Part shown: positions 20,247 to 28,682 of the stretch, piece after piece
How the letters are laid out: each line of letters begins with the position of its first letter
How positions within the stretch are numbered: the first letter of the stretch is position 1
From: Bacteroidota bacterium
GTDB taxonomy: Bacteria > Bacteroidota > Bacteroidia > Bacteroidales > UBA7960
Assembly (NCBI GenBank): GCA_007693555.1
Contig: REDJ01000137.1
Coordinates: forward strand, 85-64,084
Direction: 5' to 3'
Length of the DNA: 64,000 nt
Program-made: the position numbers and the translations under genes
The notes under the pieces: model-generated
Seen by the model: only the letters and a program-made list of their open reading frames with translations
What the model was told of the DNA's origin: nothing
Database searches by the model: none

Positions 20247-20303
20247 GGGTTTATGGGTTTAGGGTTTAGGGTTTAGGGTTTAGGGTTTAGGGTTTAGGGT
20301 TTA
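20247..20303. repeat. Heptanucleotide tandem array (GGGTTTA)8 on the plus strand, (TAAACCC)n on the operon mRNA
   Basis: Seven perfect units at 20255-20303, plus one unit at 20247-20253 separated by an extra T. Read directly from the sequence. Confidence 0.97.
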
Positions 20304-20370
20304 ATTAAGTCTTGTTTGTTTCAAGTTATGAATTTCATGCCCCTTCACCCTTAAACTATGAACATTTATT

Positions 20371-21696
20371 TTAGTTTTCTTTCCAGTATTTTTCAACGAA
20401 TTCTTTCTTCAAACCTACTTCAACAGGTGTGAAATGTTTTGCAAACAACTCGTAGGCTGTTTCCAGCATGGTATCAACTTCAATGTTGACATCAATAGCC
20501 AGAAGCTTTTCTGAGTATGCTTTGGCAAAATCCAGTGTACGCTCATCATAATCCGTAAGATCAAAACCGTTTTCCAGCTTGGTTTTGGCGTTGGCGGCAT
20601 CGGCATACAGACGCACCGCAGCATTCATAACCTGCGGGTGGTCTTCGCGGGTTTTCTTGCCAATAACCAACTGCTTCAAACGTGACAAGGAGCGGAACGG
20701 GTCAACAATTACTTTTCCGATATCAGAATCCTTACGCAGGAAAAGCTGACCTTCGGTGATATACCCTGTATTATCGGGGATAGCATGAGTAATATCGCCA
20801 CTGGAAAGTGTGGTTACCGCAATAATGGTAATGGAACCACCATCGGGGAACTGCACTGCTTTCTCATACAAACGGGCCAGGTCAGAATACAACGAACCGG
20901 GCATACTATCCTTTGAGGGTATCTGGTCCATACGGTTGGATACAATACTCAATGCATCTGCATACAGAGTAAGGTCGGTAAGCAGAACAAGTACCTTTTC
21001 ACCTTTCTCTGCAGCGTAATATTCGGCGGCAGAAAGGGCCATATCAGGCACAAGCAAACGTTCAACGGGCGGATTTTCAGTAGTATTGATAAAACCTACA
21101 ATACGGTCGAGAGCACCGGCATCGTCAAATACACTTTTGAAGTAAAGATAATCATCGTTTGTAAGACCTACACCTCCCAGAATGATCTTATCGGCCTGGG
21201 CCCTGAGAGCCACCATTGCCATAACCTGGTTGTAAGGCTGATCGGGGTCGGCAAAGAACGGGATCTTCTGTCCGGTAACCAGTGCATTATTAAGGTCGAT
21301 ACCTGCAATACCCGTTGCTATAAATTCTGATGGCTGCTTACGTCTTACCGGATTAACACTGGGACCACCGATCTCAAGTTCTTCACCCATGATCTCTCCT
21401 CCGTCTATGGGTTCGCCATAAGCGTTGAAGAAGCGGCCTGCCAGTCCTTCACCTACTTTCAGAGTAGGAGCTTTTCCGGTGAAGATAACCTCTGCATCGG
21501 TTGCAATACCTTCGGTACCGGCAAACACCTGCAGGGTAACAATATCTTCCATGATCTTCACCACCTGGGCCAAACGTCCGTCAACAATTGCAAGTTCTTC
21601 ATTACCAATTCCTGTGGCATGCAAAGAAACTGTTGCCTTGGTAAGTTGAAACAGTTTGGTATATACGCGCTGAAATGCTTTTATGTCCTTTTCCAT
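20371..21696 (-). CDS. ntpB: V-type ATP synthase subunit B
   Basis: 441 aa, non-catalytic A/B-family fold (GQKIPFFADPDQPYN, SLSRLK). The start overlaps the ntpA stop (TAATG). Confidence 0.92.
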   Translation of the reverse strand: MEKDIKAFQRVYTKLFQLTKATVSLHATGIGNEELAIVDGRLAQVVKIMEDIVTLQVFAGTEGIATDAEVIFTGKAPTLKVGEGLAGRFFNAYGEPIDGGEIMGEELEIGGPSVNPVRRKQPSEFIATGIAGIDLNNALVTGQKIPFFADPDQPYNQVMAMVALRAQADKIILGGVGLTNDDYLYFKSVFDDAGALDRIVGFINTTENPPVERLLVPDMALSAAEYYAAEKGEKVLVLLTDLTLYADALSIVSNRMDQIPSKDSMPGSLYSDLARLYEKAVQFPDGGSITIIAVTTLSSGDITHAIPDNTGYITEGQLFLRKDSDIGKVIVDPFRSLSRLKQLVIGKKTREDHPQVMNAAVRLYADAANAKTKLENGFDLTDYDERTLDFAKAYSEKLLAIDVNIEVDTMLETAYELFAKHFTPVEVGLKKEFVEKYWKEN

Positions 21697-23453
21697 TACG
21701 CTACCTTTCTTTCTTGTATAATAGTTTCTAATTCTTTTTCATTCTTTTTAAACTCATCACTCTCATATTCAGAGTAATTCATTTGCTTGAACTGGTTGAT
21801 AACCTTTTTGAAATAAGGGTTAACCTCTTCAAAAGAGTCAAATTTGAATTCATATTTTAATACATTCACAACTTTTTCAAGCATGTAACGCTGTCTTTCA
21901 AAACTCGACCTGCAATCGATTTTATCAAATGCATCCTGCTGGGAAATAACAAAATCAACTACTTCACCTTTCCAATAGGTAATATGATAATCGAGCGGAA
22001 CTCCATCATCGCCCAGGATATTAATCTGCTCATATGACTCTTTGCTTCTGAGTAATACGTCCTTCACATAAAGTACATTGCTTGTCCAGTTCTCACCATT
22101 GTTTTTATTCAGATATTCCACAATTTCCGGATACTCAAGGTATTTAGAATAACTCTCGATGGGATCGATGGCCGGATACCTTTTACTGTCGGCTCTTTGC
22201 TGCGAAAGTGCATAGAAGCATCGTGCAGCTTTTTTGGTGGATTCGGTAACAGGTTCTTTCAGGTTACCCCCTGCCGGAGATACAGTACCGATAAAAGTAA
22301 TTGACCCTGTTTCACCATTGTTAAGAAATACAAAACCTGCTCTGGAGTAAAAGTTAGAGATAATTGCCGGCAGGTCCATGGGGAAACCATCGGGTCCGGG
22401 GAGTTCTTCCATACGGTTCGACATTTCCCTGAGTGCCTGAGCCCAGCGCGATGTTGAGTCGGCAAGCAGCAACACTTTCAGCCCCATACAACGGTAGTAT
22501 TCGGCTATGGTCATTGCGGTATAAACAGAGGCTTCACGTGCGGCTACCGGCATGTTTGATGTGTTGGCAATAATGGTTGTACGCTCCATGAGCTTACGTC
22601 CTGTGCGCGGGTCATCAAGTTCGGGAAACTCGGTAAATATCTCAACTACCTCGTTGGCTCTTTCACCGCAGGCAGCAATAACTACCAGGTCGGCCTCTGC
22701 CTGTTTTGACAATGCATGCTGCAATACGGTTTTTCCTGAGCCGAAAGGTCCGGGTATAAATCCTGTACCACCTTCAGCAATGGGGTTAAGAGTATCAAAA
22801 ACCCTTACACCGGTTTCCAGAACCTTAAATGGTCGTGGTTTTTCGGTGTATGCCTTAATGGGAACCTTAACAGGCCATTTTTGTACCATGGTTACATTGT
22901 GCTCCTTACCCTCTGCATCAGTAAGTACTGCAATTTTCTCATTAATTTTGTAAGTTCCTTTTCCGGTAACATTTTTTACAGTGTAATCACCTTTAAAGAT
23001 AAAAGGGACCATGATTTTATGGGCAATCCAGTTTTCTTTTACCTCGCCCAGCCAGTCACCGGCTTTTACGGTATCTCCTTTTTTTGCAATGGGCTCAAAC
23101 TCATATTCCTTATCTTTATCCAAAGCTTCAGTGTATTCGCCTCTTTTAAGGAATATACCTGTCATCTTATCCAGGTCGTTTTGCAGTCCGTCAAAGTTTT
23201 TTGATAACAATCCGGGGCCGAGAGATACCTCGAGCATATGCCCGGCAAATTCAACTTCCGAACCAACCTTAAGCCCGCGTGTGCTTTCAAACACCTGAAC
23301 ATACACCTTACGGCCTATGATCTTTATCACCTCAGCCATAAGGCGGGTGCCTTCATGTTTGATAAAGCAGATTTCATTCTGAGCTACTCGCTCATCGGCT
23401 TCAACGATTACAAGGTTGGCAATAATTCCGGTTACCTTACCTATTGTGCTCAT
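21696..23453 (-). CDS. ntpA: V-type ATP synthase catalytic subunit A
   Basis: 585 aa. Walker A GPFGSGKTV, Walker B-like region VLLLADSTSRWA. Confidence 0.95.
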   Translation of the reverse strand: MSTIGKVTGIIANLVIVEADERVAQNEICFIKHEGTRLMAEVIKIIGRKVYVQVFESTRGLKVGSEVEFAGHMLEVSLGPGLLSKNFDGLQNDLDKMTGIFLKRGEYTEALDKDKEYEFEPIAKKGDTVKAGDWLGEVKENWIAHKIMVPFIFKGDYTVKNVTGKGTYKINEKIAVLTDAEGKEHNVTMVQKWPVKVPIKAYTEKPRPFKVLETGVRVFDTLNPIAEGGTGFIPGPFGSGKTVLQHALSKQAEADLVVIAACGERANEVVEIFTEFPELDDPRTGRKLMERTTIIANTSNMPVAAREASVYTAMTIAEYYRCMGLKVLLLADSTSRWAQALREMSNRMEELPGPDGFPMDLPAIISNFYSRAGFVFLNNGETGSITFIGTVSPAGGNLKEPVTESTKKAARCFYALSQQRADSKRYPAIDPIESYSKYLEYPEIVEYLNKNNGENWTSNVLYVKDVLLRSKESYEQINILGDDGVPLDYHITYWKGEVVDFVISQQDAFDKIDCRSSFERQRYMLEKVVNVLKYEFKFDSFEEVNPYFKKVINQFKQMNYSEYESDEFKKNEKELETIIQERKVA

Positions 23454-23459
23454 ATATAT

Positions 23460-24290
23460 TTATTTATCAGTAAATGTTTCGGGTAGTTTATAACTTGACT
23501 TCAGGTCCTGTAAAAGCTCTTCAAACAGCTGGCTTCCATGTTCTTTATCCAGTGCCAGCCATCTTTCAACCATGCCCAGTTTAAGGGCAAAAGCCAGGAT
23601 CCTGTCTATGGTAAAATATTCAAAAAAGGTTACATCATCCAGATAGTTCCATCGCAGGCGATCAATCGCCTTTTCTCTTTCCTGTACATCCTCATCTTTG
23701 GCAATATTCAAAAGATCATCCATGTAAGAAATTTCGGCCGAAAGACCAAAATCGCGTGCATGGCTTTTGCGAATGGTTTGAGATACCTCGTCTCTTCCTA
23801 TGATCTGATGCTCGTAAGGAACATCGTATTTGCGGCATATAAGGGCCGTTAGCAGGTTATTCAGATCGCGGTTAAACCGGAACCAATCACTTATAAACTT
23901 ATCATCCAGTGATATAGCATATTCATAGAATAATGCCGTCAGTTGATTCTCAGGGCTCAAATCAGGAATTATCGGCTCATCCTCTTTGAAAGAAATAATA
24001 AACCGGTTCATATATTCGGGTAACTCACCAGTAATTTCTTTTATGTTCTGCTCAAGAACCTCACGCGAAAAATTTCCCTTTTCATCAAATGCTTCTTCTC
24101 TTTTTAAGAGGATATTCAAAAGGTTTTTGTTGTCATTGGGAAGAAAAAGAACCTCAGCCAATTTGTAATCATTGGGATGCAATTCCAGTTTTAGTTCCTG
24201 CCTGAATTCCAACTGCCCCATGGAAAGCTTATGTATATCAATTGTTATGTCCTGCAGGCCTGCTACCAGGCAATAGTAATTACGCTTCAC
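23460..24290 (-). CDS. DUF2764 family protein (V-ATPase-associated, occupies the C-subunit position in Bacteroidota operons)
   Basis: 276 aa, GTG start, located between ntpE and ntpA. The family call rests on operon context and my memory of Bacteroidota V-ATPase operons. Confidence 0.6.
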   Translation of the reverse strand: MKRNYYCLVAGLQDITIDIHKLSMGQLEFRQELKLELHPNDYKLAEVLFLPNDNKNLLNILLKREEAFDEKGNFSREVLEQNIKEITGELPEYMNRFIISFKEDEPIIPDLSPENQLTALFYEYAISLDDKFISDWFRFNRDLNNLLTALICRKYDVPYEHQIIGRDEVSQTIRKSHARDFGLSAEISYMDDLLNIAKDEDVQEREKAIDRLRWNYLDDVTFFEYFTIDRILAFALKLGMVERWLALDKEHGSQLFEELLQDLKSSYKLPETFTDK

Positions 24291-24419
24291 TTGCTATCCT
24301 TTTTTTAATTCTTCATTATCATCATAAAGTGAGACTATGAGAAATATTTTGAAAAAAATGCGACTTATGATTTTGAATAATGCTCTGTTCTGATTGTTCT
24401 GTAATCTGAATTCAAATAA

Positions 24420-25037
24420 TTATTTCGATTCATATAGCATTTCAACAAGCCTCGGACGCAAATAGGCGCGGAAGAAATTATCAAAGTCCTCATCAGTAAA
24501 ACTGATGAGGTATCCTCCCTCTTTAGGCCCGATTTTAAAGCCACCTTTGATTTTTTCGCTGAAGGAAATCTCCAGACCTTTATTGAGGAGATTGCCGGCT
24601 TTTGCTTTGAAAGCCGTTTCAAAATCTTTTTGCTTGTTTTCGGGAAGCAATACTTTCAGATCTACCGGATCTTCACCTTTTGGGTTCCAGTTTTTTACAA
24701 GCTCAAGTATTACATCCCGGGTGAAATCAACACCTTTGAAGGCTTCTTTCACTTCCGGCTCAACCGCCTTGGCCTCAATGAGTTTTACAATTTTTTGCCG
24801 GGTATCGGAAATAAGCTGACGTGCGGTAAGCTGGAGCTCATTCATGGAGTTTTTCTTCAATTCCTCAGCTTCCTTACCAGCATCTTTTATAATATCCTCT
24901 GCTTCTTTTTTTGCCTTGGACACAATATGTTCTGCTTCCTTTTTTGCTGAATTCAAAATTTTATCAGCTTCCTCCTTTGCTTTATTGACCCCTTCCTGGT
25001 AAATCTTTTCGGTCAATTCCTGAAGTTTCGTTTGCAT
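24420..25037 (-). CDS. ntpE: V-type ATP synthase subunit E
   Basis: 205 aa. Lys/Glu/Ala-rich N-terminal peripheral-stalk helix (KEEADKILNSAKKEAEHIVSKAKKEAE). First gene of the operon. Confidence 0.8.
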   Translation of the reverse strand: MQTKLQELTEKIYQEGVNKAKEEADKILNSAKKEAEHIVSKAKKEAEDIIKDAGKEAEELKKNSMNELQLTARQLISDTRQKIVKLIEAKAVEPEVKEAFKGVDFTRDVILELVKNWNPKGEDPVDLKVLLPENKQKDFETAFKAKAGNLLNKGLEISFSEKIKGGFKIGPKEGGYLISFTDEDFDNFFRAYLRPRLVEMLYESK

Positions 25038-25478
25038 AATTATATATGGTTTAAATCACTGGAAATAATTTCCCTAAACTACATTTTTTCAAAGGGGTTA
25101 AAACCCGTTTAATGATAACTTTACTTGTTTTATCGATTACAGAAACCTATAATTGCCTTAACAGCCTTTATAAGTTTTTGGGTACGAAAGTATAAAAAAA
25201 AAATCCAAAATATATGATTCTCTGTATAGAAAAAATAAATTCTTTTCTCAGGTAGCAAAAATAAAAAAAATTCAGATGTTATTTGATTAACAACTCGAAA
25301 AAGCTGCAATTTTACCTGATTATCTTCATCGTTCGCTGAATGGAAAAAATTCTCTTTGAAAAGTTTAATACTTCTGAATGACTTTTTTCAAGAGATATGA
25401 AAGACTAACATTTATTAAATAAATAGTTTTCAGATTTGATATCCCTTTAATAGCAAGAAGTTTGGGAAAAAATTAAGA

Positions 25479-25486
25479 TATTTTTG
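25479..25486 (+). promoter_or_regulatory. Bacteroidota -7 promoter box TATTTTTG upstream of the mrp operon
   Basis: TAnnTTTG match 127 nt upstream of the mrpA ATG. A TTTG lies at 25461-25464, but the spacing is shorter than I expect for a -33 element. Confidence 0.3.
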
Positions 25487-25571
25487 TATTTTCGCAAACA
25501 ATTTGACAGGCAATTGTGTTTCCAAAAGCGTTTTTAAAAACTTTAGTTGACTAAACAATTGCAATGGGAAT

Positions 25572-25594
25572 AATCCGGGTCAACCGGATTTTTT
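25572..25594 (+). promoter_or_regulatory. Terminator-like hairpin in the mrpA 5' leader (possible attenuator)
   Basis: 7-bp stem AATCCGG / CCGGATT (25572-25578 / 25584-25590), 5-nt loop and a T-run to 25594. Ends 18 nt before the mrpA ATG. Confidence 0.4.
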
Positions 25595-25612
25595 ATGTAA
25601 AACTACTAACTC

Positions 25613-27913
25613 ATGACCACGGGATTATTTCTGATAGTTTTGCTGGGTGTTTCTGCTTTAGCGCCATTCATAAGAAAATATTTAAAGAATTCTGCCGGCT
25701 GGATATATGCAATATGGCCTTTCACCGGCTTTCTTTATTACCTGAGTCTTCTTCCCCAGATCAACCAGGGGCATGTATTGATGGAATCTTATACCTGGTT
25801 ACCTGCCCTGGGGATAAATTTCAGTTTTTACGTTGATGGATTCAGCGTGCTTTTCAGCTTGCTTGTATTGGGAATAGGAACCTTTATAATGATTTATGCA
25901 GGGTATTATATGAGGCCATACCCCATGAAGGGAAGATTTATGGGATATCTACTGCTTTTTATGACAGCCATGCAGGGTATTGTTGTATCAGGCAACCTTA
26001 TTACAATGTTTGTATTCTGGGAGCTCACAAGTGTTAGCTCTTATTTACTTATCGGTTATTACCATGAAAAACCTGAAGCCCGTGCTTCTGCTTTGCAGGC
26101 ACTTCTGATAACCGGCTTTGGAGGACTGGCGTTGCTTGGTGGTTTTGTATTGCTTGCCATTCCTTATGAGAGCTATGAACTTTCATATATTCTTTCAAAT
26201 CCTGATTTGATAAAAAACAGCAACTTGTATCTTCCTGCATTTATTCTGGTAGCCATTGGGGCATTCACCAAATCAGCACAGTTTCCATTTCATTTCTGGT
26301 TGCCCGGAGCTATGACTGCTCCATCACCGGTGAGTGCATTCCTGCATTCAGCCACCATGGTAAAAGCAGGGGTGTTTTTACTCGCAAGACTGAATCCCGT
26401 ATTGGGTGGTACTGAGCTCTGGAGTTACACTTTAACAATTGTAGGAGCAACAACAATGTTTACAGGAGCATGGCTTAGTATTACACAGGTTGATCTGAAA
26501 CGGATACTGGCTTACACAACGGTTAGCGCATTGGGCACACTGGTTCTGCTTATCGGCACAGGTACCGAATATGCAATCAACGCAGCCATTATCTTTTTAC
26601 TTGTGCATGCTTTGTACAAAGGCACCTTGTTTATGATGGCCGGTAATATTGAAAAGAAAACCGGAACAAGAGATATAAATCAATTGGGAGGATTGTTCAA
26701 ATATATGCCCTTTGCTGCGGTGGTCATGATTTTGGCTTTGGTTTCCATGGCAGGTGTTCCACCTATGCTCGGATTCCTTGGTAAGGAACTGATATATGAA
26801 GCCAGTGTTGCAGCACCTAAGGCTCATCTGTTTATTTTAACCCTGGGGTTTCTTACCAATGTTATACTGGTTTTTCTATCTCTACGGCTTACCATTGATA
26901 TTTTCTGGGGAAAAGAACCCGAATATGCCAAAACCCCTGCCGAGCCTAATCTTGCACTTGTCATAGGTCCGTTTTTCCTGGTTCTGGCCAGCTTTATACT
27001 GGGATTATTCCCTTCTGCAATGGCAAATCCTCTAACTTCAAGTGCTATTACATCAATCAGCCCGGAACTGGATGCCATCATTCTTAAACTGTGGCATGGT
27101 TTTAACCTTGTGCTGGCCCTCAGCGTGTTTACCCTTTTGAGCGGTTTATTTGTGTTTAAATACCGTCATAAAATCATTCCCGCCATTGACAGGTTTAACA
27201 TAAAGTACTTCCGCAGGGAGTTTACCCGATTATTCTTTCAGATGATAGATGCCTTCCTCATCTTTACAAAGCTAAAAACCAAAACCCTGCAGCATGGGTA
27301 TCACAGGTATTACCTGATGACACTTTTCGTTATTGCTTCCGTTTTGGTATGGATAATGATCTGGCGTGCAGATCCCATAATACTTGAATTGAATTTTTCG
27401 GATATGCCGCTTAACCTGGTTGCCGTAGTTATACTCATCATAGCAGCTGCCATATCTTCCATAGTATCAAATTCAAGGGTAGTAGCCCTCATATCCCTGG
27501 GGGTTATCGGGTTTGGGATCACTATTATATTTATTGCTTACAGCGGTGTGGATCTGGCAATTACCATGATTATGGTAGAGACACTTCTTGTAATTCTGGC
27601 CATGACCGTAGTTTATCATTTACCAAAATATCAGAACTTTTCCTCTACCGGGGCCCGAATGCGCGATGCACTTGTAGCTACCCTGGTAGGTTCTTTCTTT
27701 ATCGTTCTGGTTTTACAGGCAGGTACTTCCACTTTGGATGCTCCCATTTCGGAGTTTTTCAAAGAAGCCAGTTATACCCAGGCTTTCGGACGTAATATTG
27801 TGAATGTTATCCTTGTTGATTTCAGGGCACTTGATACTCTTGGTGAAATAACGGTTATTTCCATTGCAGCCCTGGGAATTTATGCAATGATCCAGTTAAG
27901 CAAAAAACAATAA
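25613..27913 (+). CDS. mrpA: Na+/H+ antiporter Mrp/Mnh subunit A (NuoL-like)
   Basis: 766 aa, polytopic. NuoL/MrpA-type motifs (WELTSVSSYLLIGYY, FHFWLPGAM). First of seven ordered mrp genes. Confidence 0.9.
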   Translation: MTTGLFLIVLLGVSALAPFIRKYLKNSAGWIYAIWPFTGFLYYLSLLPQINQGHVLMESYTWLPALGINFSFYVDGFSVLFSLLVLGIGTFIMIYAGYYMRPYPMKGRFMGYLLLFMTAMQGIVVSGNLITMFVFWELTSVSSYLLIGYYHEKPEARASALQALLITGFGGLALLGGFVLLAIPYESYELSYILSNPDLIKNSNLYLPAFILVAIGAFTKSAQFPFHFWLPGAMTAPSPVSAFLHSATMVKAGVFLLARLNPVLGGTELWSYTLTIVGATTMFTGAWLSITQVDLKRILAYTTVSALGTLVLLIGTGTEYAINAAIIFLLVHALYKGTLFMMAGNIEKKTGTRDINQLGGLFKYMPFAAVVMILALVSMAGVPPMLGFLGKELIYEASVAAPKAHLFILTLGFLTNVILVFLSLRLTIDIFWGKEPEYAKTPAEPNLALVIGPFFLVLASFILGLFPSAMANPLTSSAITSISPELDAIILKLWHGFNLVLALSVFTLLSGLFVFKYRHKIIPAIDRFNIKYFRREFTRLFFQMIDAFLIFTKLKTKTLQHGYHRYYLMTLFVIASVLVWIMIWRADPIILELNFSDMPLNLVAVVILIIAAAISSIVSNSRVVALISLGVIGFGITIIFIAYSGVDLAITMIMVETLLVILAMTVVYHLPKYQNFSSTGARMRDALVATLVGSFFIVLVLQAGTSTLDAPISEFFKEASYTQAFGRNIVNVILVDFRALDTLGEITVISIAALGIYAMIQLSKKQ

Positions 27914-27921
27914 AAAAGAAT

Positions 27922-28335
27922 ATGGAGTCGATAATTTTACAAATTGCAGCACGTCATATGCGACCTTTACTTCTGGTACTTTCCCTCATTGTATTATACA
28001 GGGGCCACAATGAACCAGGCGGTGGCTTTATTGGAGGGTTGATGTTTGGTGCGGCATACATATTATATGCCATGGCATTCGGAGTAAAGAAAACCCAGAA
28101 GACGTTATTTTTTAATCCTATCAACCTGACTGCTCTCGGCCTTCTCGTTGCGCTTGCCAGTGGAATTCCAGCCATATTCGCAGGAGATTTATTTATGACA
28201 GGAGAATGGTATACTTTTTTTGAGCACACAGCTTTTGAACTGAAACTGGGCACGCCACTGCTGTTTGATGTCGGGGTATATTTTGCCGTTGCAGGAATGC
28301 TTATGATGGTAATGTTTTCATTAATGGAGGAATAA
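27922..28335 (+). CDS. mrpB: Na+/H+ antiporter Mrp subunit B
   Basis: 137 aa, 4 TM, GHNEPGGGFIGG motif, in the expected operon position. Confidence 0.85.
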   Translation: MESIILQIAARHMRPLLLVLSLIVLYRGHNEPGGGFIGGLMFGAAYILYAMAFGVKKTQKTLFFNPINLTALGLLVALASGIPAIFAGDLFMTGEWYTFFEHTAFELKLGTPLLFDVGVYFAVAGMLMMVMFSLMEE

Positions 28336-28338
28336 TAT

Positions 28339-28680
28339 ATGCTTGTATTATTAGCCGTATTGATTGGAGTATTATATGGTTCTGCAGTGTATTTGTTGTT
28401 GCGCCGTAATATTTTTAAACTTATCCTGGGATTGATTTTCCTGGGGCATGCCACCAACCTATTACTGTTTGTGGCATCCGGCCTTACTTCCGGTAAGCCT
28501 GCTTTTTTGCGCGGATTAGAGGATGAAACTATCGGAATGTCAGATCCTCTTCCACAGGCATTGATACTTACTGCAATTGTCATCGGGTTGGGTGTTACAG
28601 CATTTGCACTGACACTTGTTTATAGATTTTATAAGGTTACTAAAACTGTTGATTTCGACGAACTTTCTGAAAACGAATAA
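28339..28680 (+). CDS. mrpC: Na+/H+ antiporter Mrp subunit C (NuoK-like)
   Basis: 113 aa, 3 TM, LTAIVIGLGVTAF motif, in the expected operon position. Confidence 0.85.
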   Translation: MLVLLAVLIGVLYGSAVYLLLRRNIFKLILGLIFLGHATNLLLFVASGLTSGKPAFLRGLEDETIGMSDPLPQALILTAIVIGLGVTAFALTLVYRFYKVTKTVDFDELSENE

Positions 28681-28682
28681 TT

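Noticed and set aside
20247-20303. (TTTAGGG)n as evidence of eukaryotic (plant) contamination, a chimeric assembly or a linear-replicon telomere.
   Set aside because: The array is only 57 nt. It is flanked directly on both sides by consecutive genes of one bacterial V-ATPase operon in the correct order and orientation (ntpB and ntpD), and degenerate relatives occur at other bacterial intergenic sites in the window. Read-level verification is still advisable.
27954-28583. A 209-aa minus-strand ORF antisense to mrpB/mrpC. Similar long antisense ORFs occur at 13990-14403, 16286-16759, 35616-36155, 15267-15659 and 22552-22953.
   Set aside because: Each lies fully inside a well-supported gene with clear family motifs on the other strand. 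The translations are low-complexity (Ser/Pro/Asn/Thr/Ile runs) with no recognisable motif, no promoter box and no sensible start context. They are shadow ORFs.
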